A DNA stretch of 63,900 bases, counting the filler, from Bigelowiella natans CCMP2755 (lineage: Eukaryota; Protista; Cercozoa), in assembly GCA_000320545.1 (NCBI GenBank). It is 7 parts of 7 records of this genome, joined end to end, with 100 filler letters (N's around TTAATTAATTAA, not from the genome) between each part and the next. Parts side by side here need not be neighbours in the genome. Positions count along the whole stretch, not along the records: positions 1 to 31,194 come from ADNK01003390.1; 6 more parts are not named here. One strand, written 5' to 3'. Shown one piece after another: positions 1 to 18,790 of this stretch; the first letter of the stretch is position 1, and each line of letters opens with the position of its first letter. A program made the translations under genes and the position numbers. The notes under the pieces were generated by a model that was given only the letters and a program-made list of their open reading frames with translations, was not told the DNA's origin and ran no database searches.

Positions 1-197
1 GGCGGGGGGGGGGAATGTTGAGATAAAAAGTGATTCATACCCCTTGGCGGGAAGTTTCTTCTTTGTAAAGTCTTTCTCCTCTCTTTCTTTGGTTGACAAT
101 TGTTTTTCTCCTGGTCCTCCTTTTCGCGGTCATGGTCGCCCCCCCCCCCCCCCCCTCCTCCACACTGCTTTCCTGCCTTTCCCTAACGATTCATAAG

Positions 198-423
198 CTC
201 TTCTCCAGCGGAGGTGACGGGATGGTAAATCAGTACGATTTGAACCAGGTAGTAGTAGTAGTAGCGTATTGTTATCATCATCGTCATCATCATCACCATC
301 ATCATTATAATGTTAATGATGAGAAAACGATGTGTGTGTGTGTGTGTGTGTTAGGTCGGTCTTTATCACAACGACGCGCATAGAGACGTGATCAGGGATT
401 TCCTGTGGCTAGGTAAGTCGCGA

Positions 424-459
<36 letters not shown>

Positions 460-588
460 TTGGTGGTGGTGGTGATAATGATGATAGTGATGATGGTGAC
501 GATAAGAGGGCGATATCAACCCACGATTTATTGACTGCTGATATCTCCATCAACATGCTGCATACAATGGCCTCCTGGAATTCACTCC

Positions 589-628
<40 letters not shown>

Positions 629-1160
629 TTCCCCCTTCCCCTCTTTCCTCTGTGTTCTTCATTTTTTTTCCGTGTGCGCAGATAGTGTTGTTATCACTGC
701 GGGCGAGGATTCCAAAATTTGTGTCTGGTGAGAGCACATATATATATATATATATATACATAAATATATATATATATGTGTGTGTGTATAGCTTTCCCAG
801 AAAGCAGAGGAAGAGTAGAGGAATAAGCATGTGCTATCTTAATCGCATTTACCTTTTCCTAACAAAGGGACAAGGGCACTGTCAAATACTGTAATTTTAG
901 AAAAAGCGATCTCTCCCCCACCCCCCCCTTCTTTCTCCTTAGCCTATCTTCTTCTTCTTGGTCCTCGTCGCTTCTTTTGAAACCATGTATTCTCTCACAA
1001 AAAACAGGTCGTCTCTCGATACGATGAAGGCGGAAAAAAACGCCCAACGGTCTATGCTGCCATCATCATCAGCTCACGCGTAATGCAACACGCTTCGAAT
1101 ACCCTCGCGCTGATGCATAAGAAAATCTTTAAGCTTTTGGTGCGCGGTGCGCAATGAGTG

Positions 1161-1196
<36 letters not shown>

Positions 1197-1488
1197 GTGT
1201 TTGTGTTGCCTTCTTCGCTCTATTATATATCATCGTCTCTGCCATCTCTTCACTATTGGCGTTGATATTAGAAACCATAGCAAGAATGAAGGGAGAGGCC
1301 CTGTCCGCAGCGGTGTTTCTCGCAGCAACAAGCAATCTCATCGCGTGAACCCATACCAAAATGGTGCCTCGCGGGGACGTGGTAGTAGACGAAGAGCGGC
1401 TGTCAATAGAAGAGGAAATAGTAACGCCTCCCGGATGCAGCAAACCAGAGGCGACCACGACACTAAATTTAACAGAAATAAATCTTAA
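198..1488 (+). CDS. 3' part of a WD40-repeat protein, WDR89-like (5' end lies before the window)
   Basis: GT-AG exons ~198-248, 356-412, ~682-728, 1008-1079, 1272-1488 splice in frame to LFSSGGDGMVNQYDLNQ-VGLYHNDAHRDVIRDFLWL-DSVVITAGEDSKICVW-SSLDTMK...GPVRSGVSRSNKQSHRVNPY...; the terminal WD repeat (H.DV.R...W...TAGED.KICVW) and a basic tail with R..PY resemble WDR89 orthologues. The family assignment is from memory. Confidence 0.7.
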
Positions 1489-1889
1489 ACTAGATCCGCA
1501 CAGTCAAAAGGCGGCAATGCGTCTGATCACATATCTCGCGATTGATATTATGCACGAGCCAACTGCGTGCCTTGAGCTTGCATAAAAGCAAAAATGTTAG
1601 AATTAATTGGAATAATAAATGAATGCAAGTCACTATGGCGCTGCTGTGGTGCATGTGTGCATGGCGCGCTAGCGTTGTAGCGTAATGTAGTTGTATAGTA
1701 CACGCTGCAGGTGGCCTTCGATGCTACAGCTAGACATGTACTCAAGCACTGTTGGTTGTCGAAAATGTGTCATTAGCATGCAGTGCTAGCAGATTTGTGG
1801 CATTTCATTTCAATGCACCAAGAAGAAATGTGTTTTGAGCACACACGCAGCATGCTCTAGATGCTAGCTAGCTAGCATGACTATGCAAT

Positions 1890-2500
1890 CGTTTTGATCT
1901 GCTACTTGTGATCAAGCTCATCCAGCTCATCAATCAAGCTCGCTACATTGCTACCAAGCTAGCAAGCGTTCAGCCATGAAGTCTGGCTCATCTTCGTCTG
2001 CATCGTCGCTAGTCCGCGCAGCTCGCGCCAACATCATTCGCCAAAAATCCTCCGCTGCCTCCTCCTAATCTCGTCGAAGTCAAAGCGCATGTTCCTCCTC
2101 CCCCGAAAGCCGCTCTCCCATCGCTGGAATTCGCCCTAGCGCGCTCGAAGTCGCAGCTCCCTCATTTTGTGTGTCCCTGTGCCAAACACAAACGAGGAGA
2201 GTGCACAGGAATCCACTCGTCACATCTTGTGGTGAAGTGGATGAGGACATCCTTTGCATCAGGCTCACACCATCCTTGATTTGCTTGACGGTGGCTAGCT
2301 TCCATTTGTCTAGCATCCAAAGCATCGATGCTCACTGTCAACCCGCACGTTACGTTGTCCAAGCGCCTTTGTTCTCCTTTGCTGTTCCTCTTCTTCTTGT
2401 CATTCCTAGTTCCTCTCCCCCCGTTCTCTCTTTTCCTCATTCAACCTTGCCTGCTTCCGTTCCTCTGATTCAAGGGTGCATCGCTTGGGATCGGCATGCC
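1890..2500 (-). pseudogene. Intronless decayed ORF: charged coiled-coil + Tudor-knot/MBT-like domain + helical tail
   Basis: Minus strand reads ADPKRCTLESEERKQARLNEEKRERGERN*E*QEEEEQQRRTKALGQ / SIDALDA / DKWKLATVKQIKDG / EPDAKDVLIHFTTRCDEWIPVHSPRL / MRELRLRAR*GEFQRWESGF...; the IDALD..KW..A.V...VLIHF....DEWI...SPRL pattern is split over frameshifts and in-frame stops. Confidence 0.6.
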
Positions 2501-3071
2501 AGACTAGCAGACTGAAACAATGAAACAATGAAACAATGATGAAAAACCACATTTCCAAAGTGTTGCAAGACACTTGCAGCGTGCAAAATGCAGTGCCTCG
2601 AACTGGTTTCAGTGAGGACTGTGACTAGCAAATCAACTAGCTGGTTTGCCAAAATGTCATGACTTGGTCATTGAGAAGCAATGACATTAGCAGCAAAATT
2701 CTGACGGCGCAAGACCTCCACTCTGAGCAAAAACTTCCTGAAGGCCATGTCCACATGACTGTGCACATCGACTACCGCAAAGAAGTCGATGGTGTGTATG
2801 AGCAAAATCGCAGTCCATTTTCCATGGACGACATGTCCTGTTTCCTATTTTAACTAGTTAATACTCGTAATGACGAGTAAATCTTTCCAAAATGCTGTGC
2901 GGCAGCAAAAACGGCCTCGTTTCAGAGCTGCGACATGCGTCACATTCACCCCGACTTTTTCGACGAGAACGTTACGGTCAGGTCACATCTTGGCATCTTG
3001 GACACAGCCGGGCCCTTCGCATATAACCATCGACGTTTTCGAAGATGTTCTCATGCAGAAAGCATGTAGTC

Positions 3072-3982
3072 ATGCCGGTAGACTTCTATGATAAGTATCA
3101 AGTCAAGGAGCGATGGACCCTAGGATGTGAGAACGTACTCGATGCCTTCATGTTTAGGTTTGTGTGTGTATATTTAGACACGCGCGTGTGCGTTTGTGTG
3201 TTTGTGTGTGCGTAGTTGAGTATACAGTCACGACTCCACTGATTGCTTGCCTTTGCACTATTCATCATCATTATCACCACACATCACAATCATCGTTATT
3301 GCGACCCGACGTCATGGCCATGCTCACCATGGTTGTCACCGTCGTCATCGTCATCATCACCATCATTTTACCACCATCATAACCATACAGATGGCTCACA
3401 TTCGGCGATGGTGTTCCTGGCGTGGACGCGGCGAAACAAGCGAACAACGAAGTAACAAACATAGCTATCCTCGCAGCCCTAGGCCTTACAATTGTGCTGC
3501 CTATGCTGGTTGAGCCAAATGACGATCTTGGCGATGAAGAACTGCATTGGCAGACATTATTATGGTATCTTCACAATTTATCACACATTTCTCCATTTTG
3601 ACGACATATTACTACCGTCATCATCGCTATTAACTGTGGCATGTATTTATAATCACCCTCATGATTGATCCTCGTTAATCATCATCACCATTCCCCGTCA
3701 TTTGTCAATATGTGATAGGTTTTCGAGTTTTGTCTCCCTATTCATGAGTCTGACCTTCGCTATCGTGCTTCTAATTGCAGTTGGTAGTCTTTCAACCCCC
3801 CCTTTTTTTCTGGCACTCAATCATCAATCGTATTCGTGTTGTTTCTTTTACAGTCAAAATTACCCTCATCATTATATCCATCATCATCACTCTTGTTGTC
3901 CTTATCAACGTCGTCATGGCCATTACTAATAGATAGAGTCATCTCCTCCTCACAATATGTCCCATACTCACTTCATATATGT

Positions 3983-4032
<50 letters not shown>

Positions 4033-4525
4033 TTGTTTGTGTGTGTGTGCGTATGTGTGCGCGCGCGCACGTGCTAACACCATATTTCTAGCTGAGCTTC
4101 ACGATGGAGAAACAACAGAGGGATTGTCTCAAATAGCGCAAGTATTTCCCGACATGATAGGCTACTACGTCCACGTCCCTTTCCTCTTACTCTTCGTTTC
4201 CGTAAACATCTCTGTTATAGCCGGCATGCATTGGATCCACAGCATGGCGAGCCTGTGGGTGTTTAACGCCTGTCTAGGCATCGTCGGCGTTACCTTGCCC
4301 TTTGCCATTCTTTTCTACTTGTTTCTCGTCAACAAGCTGTGGCAGGCGTCGCAGATTGCGCACGCGATGCAGAAGGAGGCGAATAGGGAGGGCAGGCATT
4401 CCTTGATGAGGTCGAACAAGTTCCAGGCCGCCGTCGAGACGAAAACGGACACGGAAAATGATAGAGAAACCAAATCCTTACCTGATGGTGGAGCTAATGA
4501 TGGTATGGGGAGGCGGCACTGGTAA
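3072..4525 (+). CDS. Hypothetical multi-pass membrane protein
   Basis: Exons ~3391-3564, 3719-3783, 4091-4525 splice in frame: WLTFGDGVPGVDAAKQANNEVTNIAILAALGLTIVLPML...WFSSFVSLFMSLTFAIVLLIAVAELHDG...HVPFLLLFVSVNISVIAG...LGIVGVTLPFAILFYLFLV (about 4 hydrophobic segments), stop at 4525. The start (ATG 3072, MPVDFYDKY) and first junctions are uncertain. Confidence 0.6.
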
Positions 4526-5088
4526 CTACAAAAATCTCAAGAGCAGATTTACAAATTCCAGATAAAACTAGGCCAGCACTGCTAGAATGGCGAAAGCTAG
4601 CTAGCTGGGTTTGACCGAGTTGTGAGTGATGTCTAGATGTGCATGTTATTTGCACTGTGTCTGTTGTCATGCAAGCCCTCGATCATATGAAAGCATTTTA
4701 GCATTTGCATGGACAATGTTGTTTACCCATGCAATTGCAAAATGAGTAGACTCGGACAACAACACAAGCCACAAACTAGACCAAGGGCATCTTGTCCAGT
4801 TTAAGTACATTGCTTATATGCATGCTAGCGCATGATTGCGGATATGCGCACATGTGATCTAGTAATGCACATGATGTGCACACTATGCACACTGTGTCCA
4901 TTGTTTCACCGGATTCCACACAATTCAGCTGTACCATACAAGCATGCGCTATGTGTACATGTCCACATGTGTGGCTGTACTTTGTCGCTAACATTGAAAA
5001 TAATCACTCAAGGCTTATCTTTTTTAAAACATATAACTAGATCGCACGACGTCTGCTCGTTTGTCGCTCATTCACTTGCATAGAAATA

Positions 5089-5367
5089 CTATGGTGAATG
5101 AAATTGTCCTCTGCAGCTACGCATCGAGCACAGCACCCATTTGCCGTGAGACTCTTTGCATTCTTGTGAGGAAGGAGGCAGTTGCCTAATTGTTGTTGTC
5201 CGTGGTAGCTTGCGCGAGCCTCCTTTCTGTCTCTACCCCCCCCCCTCAGTGCTGCTACTTTACCCATGTTGGTGTCTCATTAGTGGGATGACCAACACAC
5301 TCCAGCACTCTTTCGAGCTCCTACATCCAAGGCTAATCGTCAGTGAACGCTCAATTCCTTTACCCCT

Positions 5368-5412
<45 letters not shown>

Positions 5413-5707
5413 CATATATACATCCATGCGAGAGGAAGGATGCTCATCACCTTATTCTGTTTTGAGTGGATGGACCGTAGCTTCGAGCTTACCACTTTTG
5501 AGAAAACAGTTGTCGCTGCCATCCTATCTGCCTCCTTTGGCTGCTTCCTAAGGCTGCTGCTGGGACGCTTCTGCGCATCTTTGCCTTTCTTCTCATCCGC
5601 AGTACCCTTTATATGGTATTTAAGGAATAGAAAATGTGCTGTTGGCTTGTGTGCTAATGGTCTCTGATGAATTGTTTCTTAAGTGATAGAGAGCGAGAGA
5701 GCGAGAG

Positions 5708-5749
<42 letters not shown>

Positions 5750-5829
5750 AGGGGGGGGGGGAAGCAAGAGATCTTCCTACTACAACCTGTACGGGTGAGG
5801 ACGCCGAAGATGATGGCGACGCATTTAGT

Positions 5830-5876
<47 letters not shown>

Positions 5877-7165
5877 GGCATGTACAGGAACGTAGGGCGC
5901 AGCAGGCAGTGAGGGCTACTCAAAGCAGTGAAAGTGCTTCAGCCAAGGGAGAAAATGAAGTTCATGCTGGTGCGAATAACTACTCAAAAAGCCTATCATT
6001 CTACCGCTCATGATAATACAGCACAGCGTTACTGAGCGACTCGTCCTAAATCAATCCCTAGTGTGACGCAAACGCGTGTCGTTATGCGACTTAACCAACC
6101 TTTCAGCTTCCACATCTCTTCCTCCGCCATCATAGAATTTGGTGGTGAGATGATTGCCACTGCTGCTACTTGCAGCATTGTCCTCCGCCCTACCCCCCCC
6201 TATCAAAGCAGAACACCAACGCACAGTAATAAGAGAGGGAGGGAGGGTTGGTTAAAAAAGATGGCGTAGTGATCGTGATCGGAATGCTGATTGAGTCAAT
6301 GATGACGATGATGATGACGATGGTACGATGGATTATGATTCAATCCAAGGAAAGGGAACGAAGCTTGTTCGATCGTGACAGCGAGCCATACCTGCCATTG
6401 CTGCTGCCGCTGCTGCCAATGTAAGCTTGGCCTTGATCCGGGCTATGAGCCCCTTAGGGTTTTGATTTAACATCGATACGGGAGATATGATGATTCTGCA
6501 CATAGAGAGTAAGCATGGTGATGGAAGGGGGAGGGGGGGGGGGAAGTAGGATCCTGCATCAGTACTGAAGCAATTGAAGAAATCAATCATAACCGTCTGA
6601 GAGGCACTACCCGCCCTACTCTCACCCGCTTTCCGAAGGTATTAAATTAGCGAATATGTGAGAAGTCTTGCACCTTTCAGGGCCCAGACGGTCTATATAC
6701 CTCTGTATGTTCTTTCCATAGCTGCAAGTATCATATATATATACATATATTTATATACATTGCTTTGAAAAAATAAGCCATAAATCTCATCCATGCTCAT
6801 TCGATCGAATTAGCAAAATAACACACTCCTCCCCCCCCCCTCTCTCATTCCCGTCGGGAACGATCAGGAGGAAGATTAGCTGGTGACTATTGTCTCTATC
6901 ATCATTGCTGTTGTTTGCTGCTGCTGCTGCTAACTAACTGGCCCTTTACTTTGTCATGTGAGTCAGGCCTGAGAGCTGCCCGTTTGGGGTTGGAATTGCC
7001 CATGATGGAAGGAAATAAGACGAAGACGAGGAAACTTTGTCACCACGACACCCTTCTCCAAGATTCTCGGCTCTCTTGAAGAGTTCTTGCATCTGAGCAT
7101 TGGCATTGGGTTCAAGATGTTTCTGAGAATCAACGGGTGCGTACAACGCGACATCGATGTGTGCG

Positions 7166-7201
<36 letters not shown>

Positions 7202-7409
7202 GTGTGCGTGTGTGTGTTTGAGTGTGTGTGGACATGAAGCATCACTCTATACGACTCCATTTCTCTTCTGATATATAACCCCCCACCTCCTTCGATTCCG
7301 AGAGCTCTATGGCCGCACCAATGTCTTTGGGAGGGTACCTCACCCTGAGGAGAAACAGCATCATCATTAAGTCTCTTCCCCACTCGCTCGAACGAGAATA
7401 AATAATAGC

Positions 7410-7457
<48 letters not shown>

Positions 7458-8105
7458 CATCATGCATATATAGCATCACCAGATTATTTGATCGATTAAT
7501 TGATTGTTGTTGGTATTGTCGTTGTTGTTGTTGCTGCTGCTGCTGCTTGTTTGTACCGGAAAGAAGCAGATCGAGAAGGCATGCCTAAAGAGTCTCCCCA
7601 CCCTGTTATTTTGTTTGAAGAAGTATGAAGGAGGAGAAAGGGGGTAGGCCTTGAGTAGCCCTCCTACTGCTACTTTTAACTGTACTCTATGCTATTGCTA
7701 CTGCTACTGCTACTATTCTTCTTTCTAATCGATACGATATCGTCACTGATTATAGCTTTCTTCCCCTCATGATTCACACCCTCCCCCTCTTCTTCTCCTT
7801 GTTTTTATTGTTGTTGTTGTTGTTCTTGTTTGTGTTTGCTACGAAACTCTGCGCGTTGTTCTCGAAGCGCCACCACGATATGTTCTGCGACGTCGGCTCA
7901 CTAGGTAAGTCCGCGCGTAAGAAAGTAACAAACAGCGTCAGCAATTGCAGCAACAGTAGCTGCGGCAGCAGCGAGACAGGCATAGCGAGAGTTAAAGACC
8001 GCAAAATATCGGCGAAAAAGCGAACAAGAAAAGGGAAAACATTGAAGTCTCAACGGTGACTGTGATGGAGGAATATGCGCACATTTCTGTCACTTCGATA
8101 TATAG

Positions 8106-8139
<34 letters not shown>

Positions 8140-8143
8140 CGTG

Positions 8144-8178
<35 letters not shown>

Positions 8179-10228
8179 CATGTGTATTCTATCACAAGTA
8201 AGCATCTTACCGGATGCAGGCAATTATCACTGCGTGAGGAGTAGCAGCACGGATTAGCAGTGCACACCTGCCAAAAAGGAAGAAGCGTGAGGCGGGAAGC
8301 TGTTGGAGGGGATACAATAAGGATGGGGGGGAAAGGAGAGCAAGAGAAATACGTTCTTGTTTTGGTAGTACCAGGGGGAGTTGAGATATTGCGCACAGCC
8401 GTCGTATACTAGCATCCTTTGAACCGAACATAGGCATCACAGCGTCACATCAATGCAGTATTATTATTCAACCATTTTTACAATGTGCCGGCGCTGGATT
8501 AGGTGGTTGACGAATCGTATCATCATAGACATCGTCTTCAATTCGGGCCAACGTTTTAGTTTCTAAACCGCTAGGGGGGGCGGGGGAATGGATCGAGAAT
8601 AGATACCTTCTTTGGTAATATGTTTCGTAGCACCATTTTTCAAAGTACGTGGGAAAGCACCTAGGATGGTGAGAATAGCGATGATAACGATGATGTTGGA
8701 AATTGTATTAGCTCTTCTCGAGGGCTGAGTGTTGTTTCAGAGGTAATGATTGACGGGGGTAGACTCGTACATTCGATAGAAGTAAGGATGGATCATTCCC
8801 CAGTAATGACCTACGAAGTAGAAGGACTCTTTGCCCGCAAGCTATGTGTTTAGAGGACGGGGGACAGAGAAACAGCAGGACGGAGTTCGGTGATAATAAT
8901 GAGGATGATGATAATGATGATGATGATGCGATGTGATGTGATGATTATTAACGAGGAATATAGGATGAGCGGTACATGAAGACGAGGTATGTTCTAAAGT
9001 TAATGTTTAAAAGGCTGCTTTTGCCCTGCCTCAACTAACTCGCGACGATTTACTACCGGGTGCACGAATGGAGTGAACGGCCCTTTAACATCCAAATGCT
9101 TCTCAATCATTGCAGATACTGATGTCGTTCCTAAAAAATAAGCGTCCACGACGGGAGGAGGAATAATATGTGTGAAATGCTGTTGCAGATACTGCCTATG
9201 CCTATCCTAGTGCCGCTGTTAATGCTGGTTTCTTGAATGTGAGCGTATGGTATAAGACTACTACCGCATCGAGTCTCGCCAACGATGTACATGTCGGGGT
9301 AGCATCGAAACCAGACGGTGAGAAACCTAACACATCGCCATAATCTCAGTCTCAGCGTGCGCGCGCGCGCACATATATACACACACAAACACACACAAAC
9401 ACCCACACACGCAAACATACATACTGCAAAAAAAAAAATCTTTGAGAGAGTCGAACCTCCAGAGAATTTGCAGGGGATGAATCACGAGCACCAGCTGATA
9501 ATAAGTATAAACCCGACTCGGAATGCTTGAAGAAAGCGCCCGATTAAACACGTGTTGCTGGATGAAACTGATATCACACGCCTTCATTCAGAGGCCAGAC
9601 AGAAACGAGCATACTATTGTCTCTCTTACCGGGCGAATAGTACACCAAAAGCAACTCCAACGCATAGCAGGCTGAATTTTAAAAAACACCAGGAATTTTG
9701 AAGCATAAATACAGCAAGCGCCGCAACAAATCATCCAAATTTCGATGCTCATCTTCAACCTGGCTGTAATGATGAATATTGTAATCGAGAAGGGCCCCTC
9801 GAGCATGTAAGAGATAGCTTGAAGAAATACGATCCATGCAACCTGGATACGTGACGAAACAGCATATACGGAGATTTGGATGTGTTTGAATGCCTCATTA
9901 TCGATGAAGACGACCTATTCGAGCTATGTTCGCTTCTTTTGCAGCAACATTCACCTTGCCACCAGCATTATTACCACCATAGCGCCACAACACCGCCCGC
10001 AACGATACGTACCAGCCTTACATCCGTGAAGAGCCCATGTCGAATCCAGAAGGAGTCGATTGTCATGCTGTTCAAGAACTACGGAGACTTGAAGCCACCT
10101 AAATCTTGTATTTCTTTGGAGGTACGATACCCAGCTGCCATCGTGCAGCAAGGTCGGTGTGACGCTGGAGACAGATTCACAGACCTACGACATCAAAGAT
10201 TCCTTGTCGCATCTGATAAATTTACCAT
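5089..10228 (-). CDS. Hypothetical multi-exon gene (possibly more than one gene), product unknown
   Basis: Alternating complex sequence and SSR-filled introns with minus-strand GT/AG boundaries; several consecutive exons at 10186-9620 splice without stops (VCESVSSVTPTLLHDGSW...-CECCCKRS...-LHGSYFFKLSL...-ACYALELLLVYYSP). No domain recognised; both ends are uncertain. Confidence 0.4.
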
Positions 10229-10497
10229 ATCGACAGCTCATTAGACGGCTCAGAGCGGTCTCAGTTCGAAATGCTTGAGGGTGATCTTCTGCGACAATCA
10301 TGGACATAAAGAAAGCAAGTATAAAAGCATCTTTCGAGCCTTACTATCAGTAGACGTTACTATTAGAACTACAGTTTGGATCGAGGTTGTCGCAGAGGGT
10401 AAATGCACCCGCGTTCTCTACATTTTGAGGATTGGACAATTAGGGGCGTCGGAAGGCAGGAAGATCTTCCCCACCCCCCCGTGATACCGCCAAGTGG

Positions 10498-16408
<5,911 letters not shown>

Positions 16409-17559
16409 GAATTCCAGGTTGGTGTTGTCAACAAGCATTAAGTGAATACTGAAAGGATGATGTTGGTCATTGACGGGTAGTCTTATTTAATAGTTGCAAA
16501 GACCCGTGACCACGAGTAGGCGAAAACATGCATCCCAGAGTGCGTAGATGTTCGCTGGTGCTACAACTATGCACATGTAAGGCGCAGTGCAAGCGAACTA
16601 ATGCTTAGAATGGTAACACCAATTGGTTTTGTGGCTCCAATGTAGCCAGCAGCCGCACGTACTAGCGTGCAACATTATTGAGTTGCTGCTGCGCGAACGT
16701 ACGTGGGTGGAGGGAAAACTAGCATGGTGTGCATTTTCATCGAAAAATTGTGCGACCCCAACGCCTAGAACGCAGTTAGAAAAAAATGAGATTGGTTCAT
16801 TTTGAAAAGCGCAACCAGCTAGCCAGGGCTATCGATTGCGCCCAACCTCAGCTCCACTAGTCCACCCGACATATGGTTGCCTGCCGAGAAAACTCACTTT
16901 TTGGGGAAATTCGCGCGTTTGCCTAAGTTGTGACATGCATGAACCTAGTAGCGATGCTAGTAATTATGACGTACTAGCGTAACAAGTGTGTGCTAAATTC
17001 ATAATTCGTGGCTTAGTTCTTTGTTTTCAGACCCACATTTATACGATGTAGCTGCAGTAGCAACAAAATTGATGCAAAACCGATGTCTAGATACACATCT
17101 AGACATGTAGCATAGTCACATTGTCGATGCCATGTCATCTAAATGATCTATTCACTGAGCTAAGTTAAGAGCTAGCAGCTTGGCGTCAACGCTCATCATT
17201 GTTCGCTAAACTCGACCGTGTTCCATTCGCGAATGCTAACCCCAGTTACAACCCCGTTCTTTACGTACGGATCCTTCTTCACAACAGCCAACATATAAAT
17301 CAATATGTTGCGCCCATGCGCGCATGCGCGCGCGGTAGCGCTTTTTGATCATAAATTGGGGAAGTTAAAGTGTTAGCGTGACACTAGACATAGTCGTCAG
17401 ATATTACTTCCGAGAAAGTCTTCGCAGCCTCCTCCGATGTGGCCACTATAAACGCCTTGTCCGGTGGATTTGACAGGGCCTGTATTCGTTAGATTTTGAT
17501 TGACTGAGGACATGTACTGCTAGCAAGGATGAGTCCTTGTTTTAGTATTTTCTCTATAA

Positions 17560-17815
17560 GGTCGGATTTGTGAATATGAGAAGGCATGGTGCTACCCCTG
17601 CCATGAGAATTTTGCCATCCTTGACGTAGCCTTCAATAAGCGATAAATGCCCTGCTCTGTGTGGTGCGCTGAACGTTGAGGAAAAATCATTATATTTCAG
17701 TCGAAGGGAAAAGGTACTCATTTTCTGTGCTGTGTGATGCAGGTTCAGGATGAAACAGGTAGTACCCTTCTTCTTCTTCTTCTTCTTCTTCTTCTCCTTT
17801 TACTGCTGCTGCTGT

Positions 17816-17859
<44 letters not shown>

Positions 17860-18790
17860 TGTTCACCGTTTCTCAAGAACATCCTCAACATAGTCGTAAA
17901 TTAGCATGTAGCGTGGTTTGATCGAAGCAGTGGAAGCGAGCCTGGATCCTCCGAGGCGGGCCTGCAATCGTCTCATAGCCAATTATACACACAAATCACG
18001 ATGAAAGTATGATATTCGAACCGAAGGTGATGAGGTCGATGCAGCGTTCCTGAGAAGCGCGTTCAAATTGGATCTCCACAGACGAGAAAGGGCCATGACG
18101 AAGTCTTGTACTTGTTCTTCTTCTTCCTAGCGCATTGGGGGTGGTGGAAACAAGTTAAAGGCAGCTCAGAAAAATTATTCGATAACACATCCGCCTTCCC
18201 TCCCTCCCTCCGGTTATTCCTGGAAAAAGAGACCTCGTACGAAGAGGAGGAGCAGGGAGGGGGGCGGTCCGGAGTTGGCAAAGCCGACAGAATTTGATAT
18301 TTGTCCATGCGGTGCTCCTGGGAAAACGCAGGCGAAGAATCCGTAATCCGTCTGTATTTTACTCTTGCGACAACAAAAACGACATCACAATTGAAAATCC
18401 TCATGTCTTTTATACCTGCGACAACTAAAACGATATCTTATTTCTAAAAAATAGCCGTCAGAGAACAATACCAGCCGCTCCTCGGTGGCTCGCTCTCGCT
18501 GGAACATGGCGGATCCGTCGGCAGCCCAGGAGAGAATGAGCTCGAGCGAGTAGTTCATCCTCAGCAGCAGCAGTAGAATGAGCTTGGATGGCACGTATGC
18601 GAGCAGAGCCTCGACGACAACTTCAAAGCAAACGACACGGTTGGTACTTCTCTTGGCCACGCTAGGATTCCTACTTGTCATCAAGCAAGATCGATCAGTA
18701 CACGAAGAGACTGGGAAGCTCGATATTCTATCAACGCCGCAAGCGACGCCAGATAAACGGCGATGGTGTCGACGACAGCAACAAGGTAAT
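17560..18790 (+). CDS. Probable exons upstream of BTAF1/Mot1 (N-terminal extension or a separate small gene)
   Basis: Plus-strand splice signals flank short open segments (e.g. 17630-17713 PSISDKCPALCGALNVEEKSLYFSRREK). The exon ending at 18785 splices in phase to 18871, which is open into the Mot1 frame. Not all junctions could be resolved. Confidence 0.3.

Noticed and set aside
3216-3390. Possible GA-AG intron (…TTPL-WLTFG…) in the membrane-protein gene
   Set aside because: An in-phase GT donor exists near 3295; the two cannot be distinguished without transcripts.
16682-16767. P-loop-like peptide VAAARTYVGGGKTS in island 3
   Set aside because: The frame is short and closed by stops, has no further helicase motifs, and could arise by chance.
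17294-17331. TATAAAT followed by the 14-bp palindrome GCGCGCATGCGCGC as a promoter
   Set aside because: No transcription start evidence; (GC)n and CATG are common here, so chance cannot be excluded.
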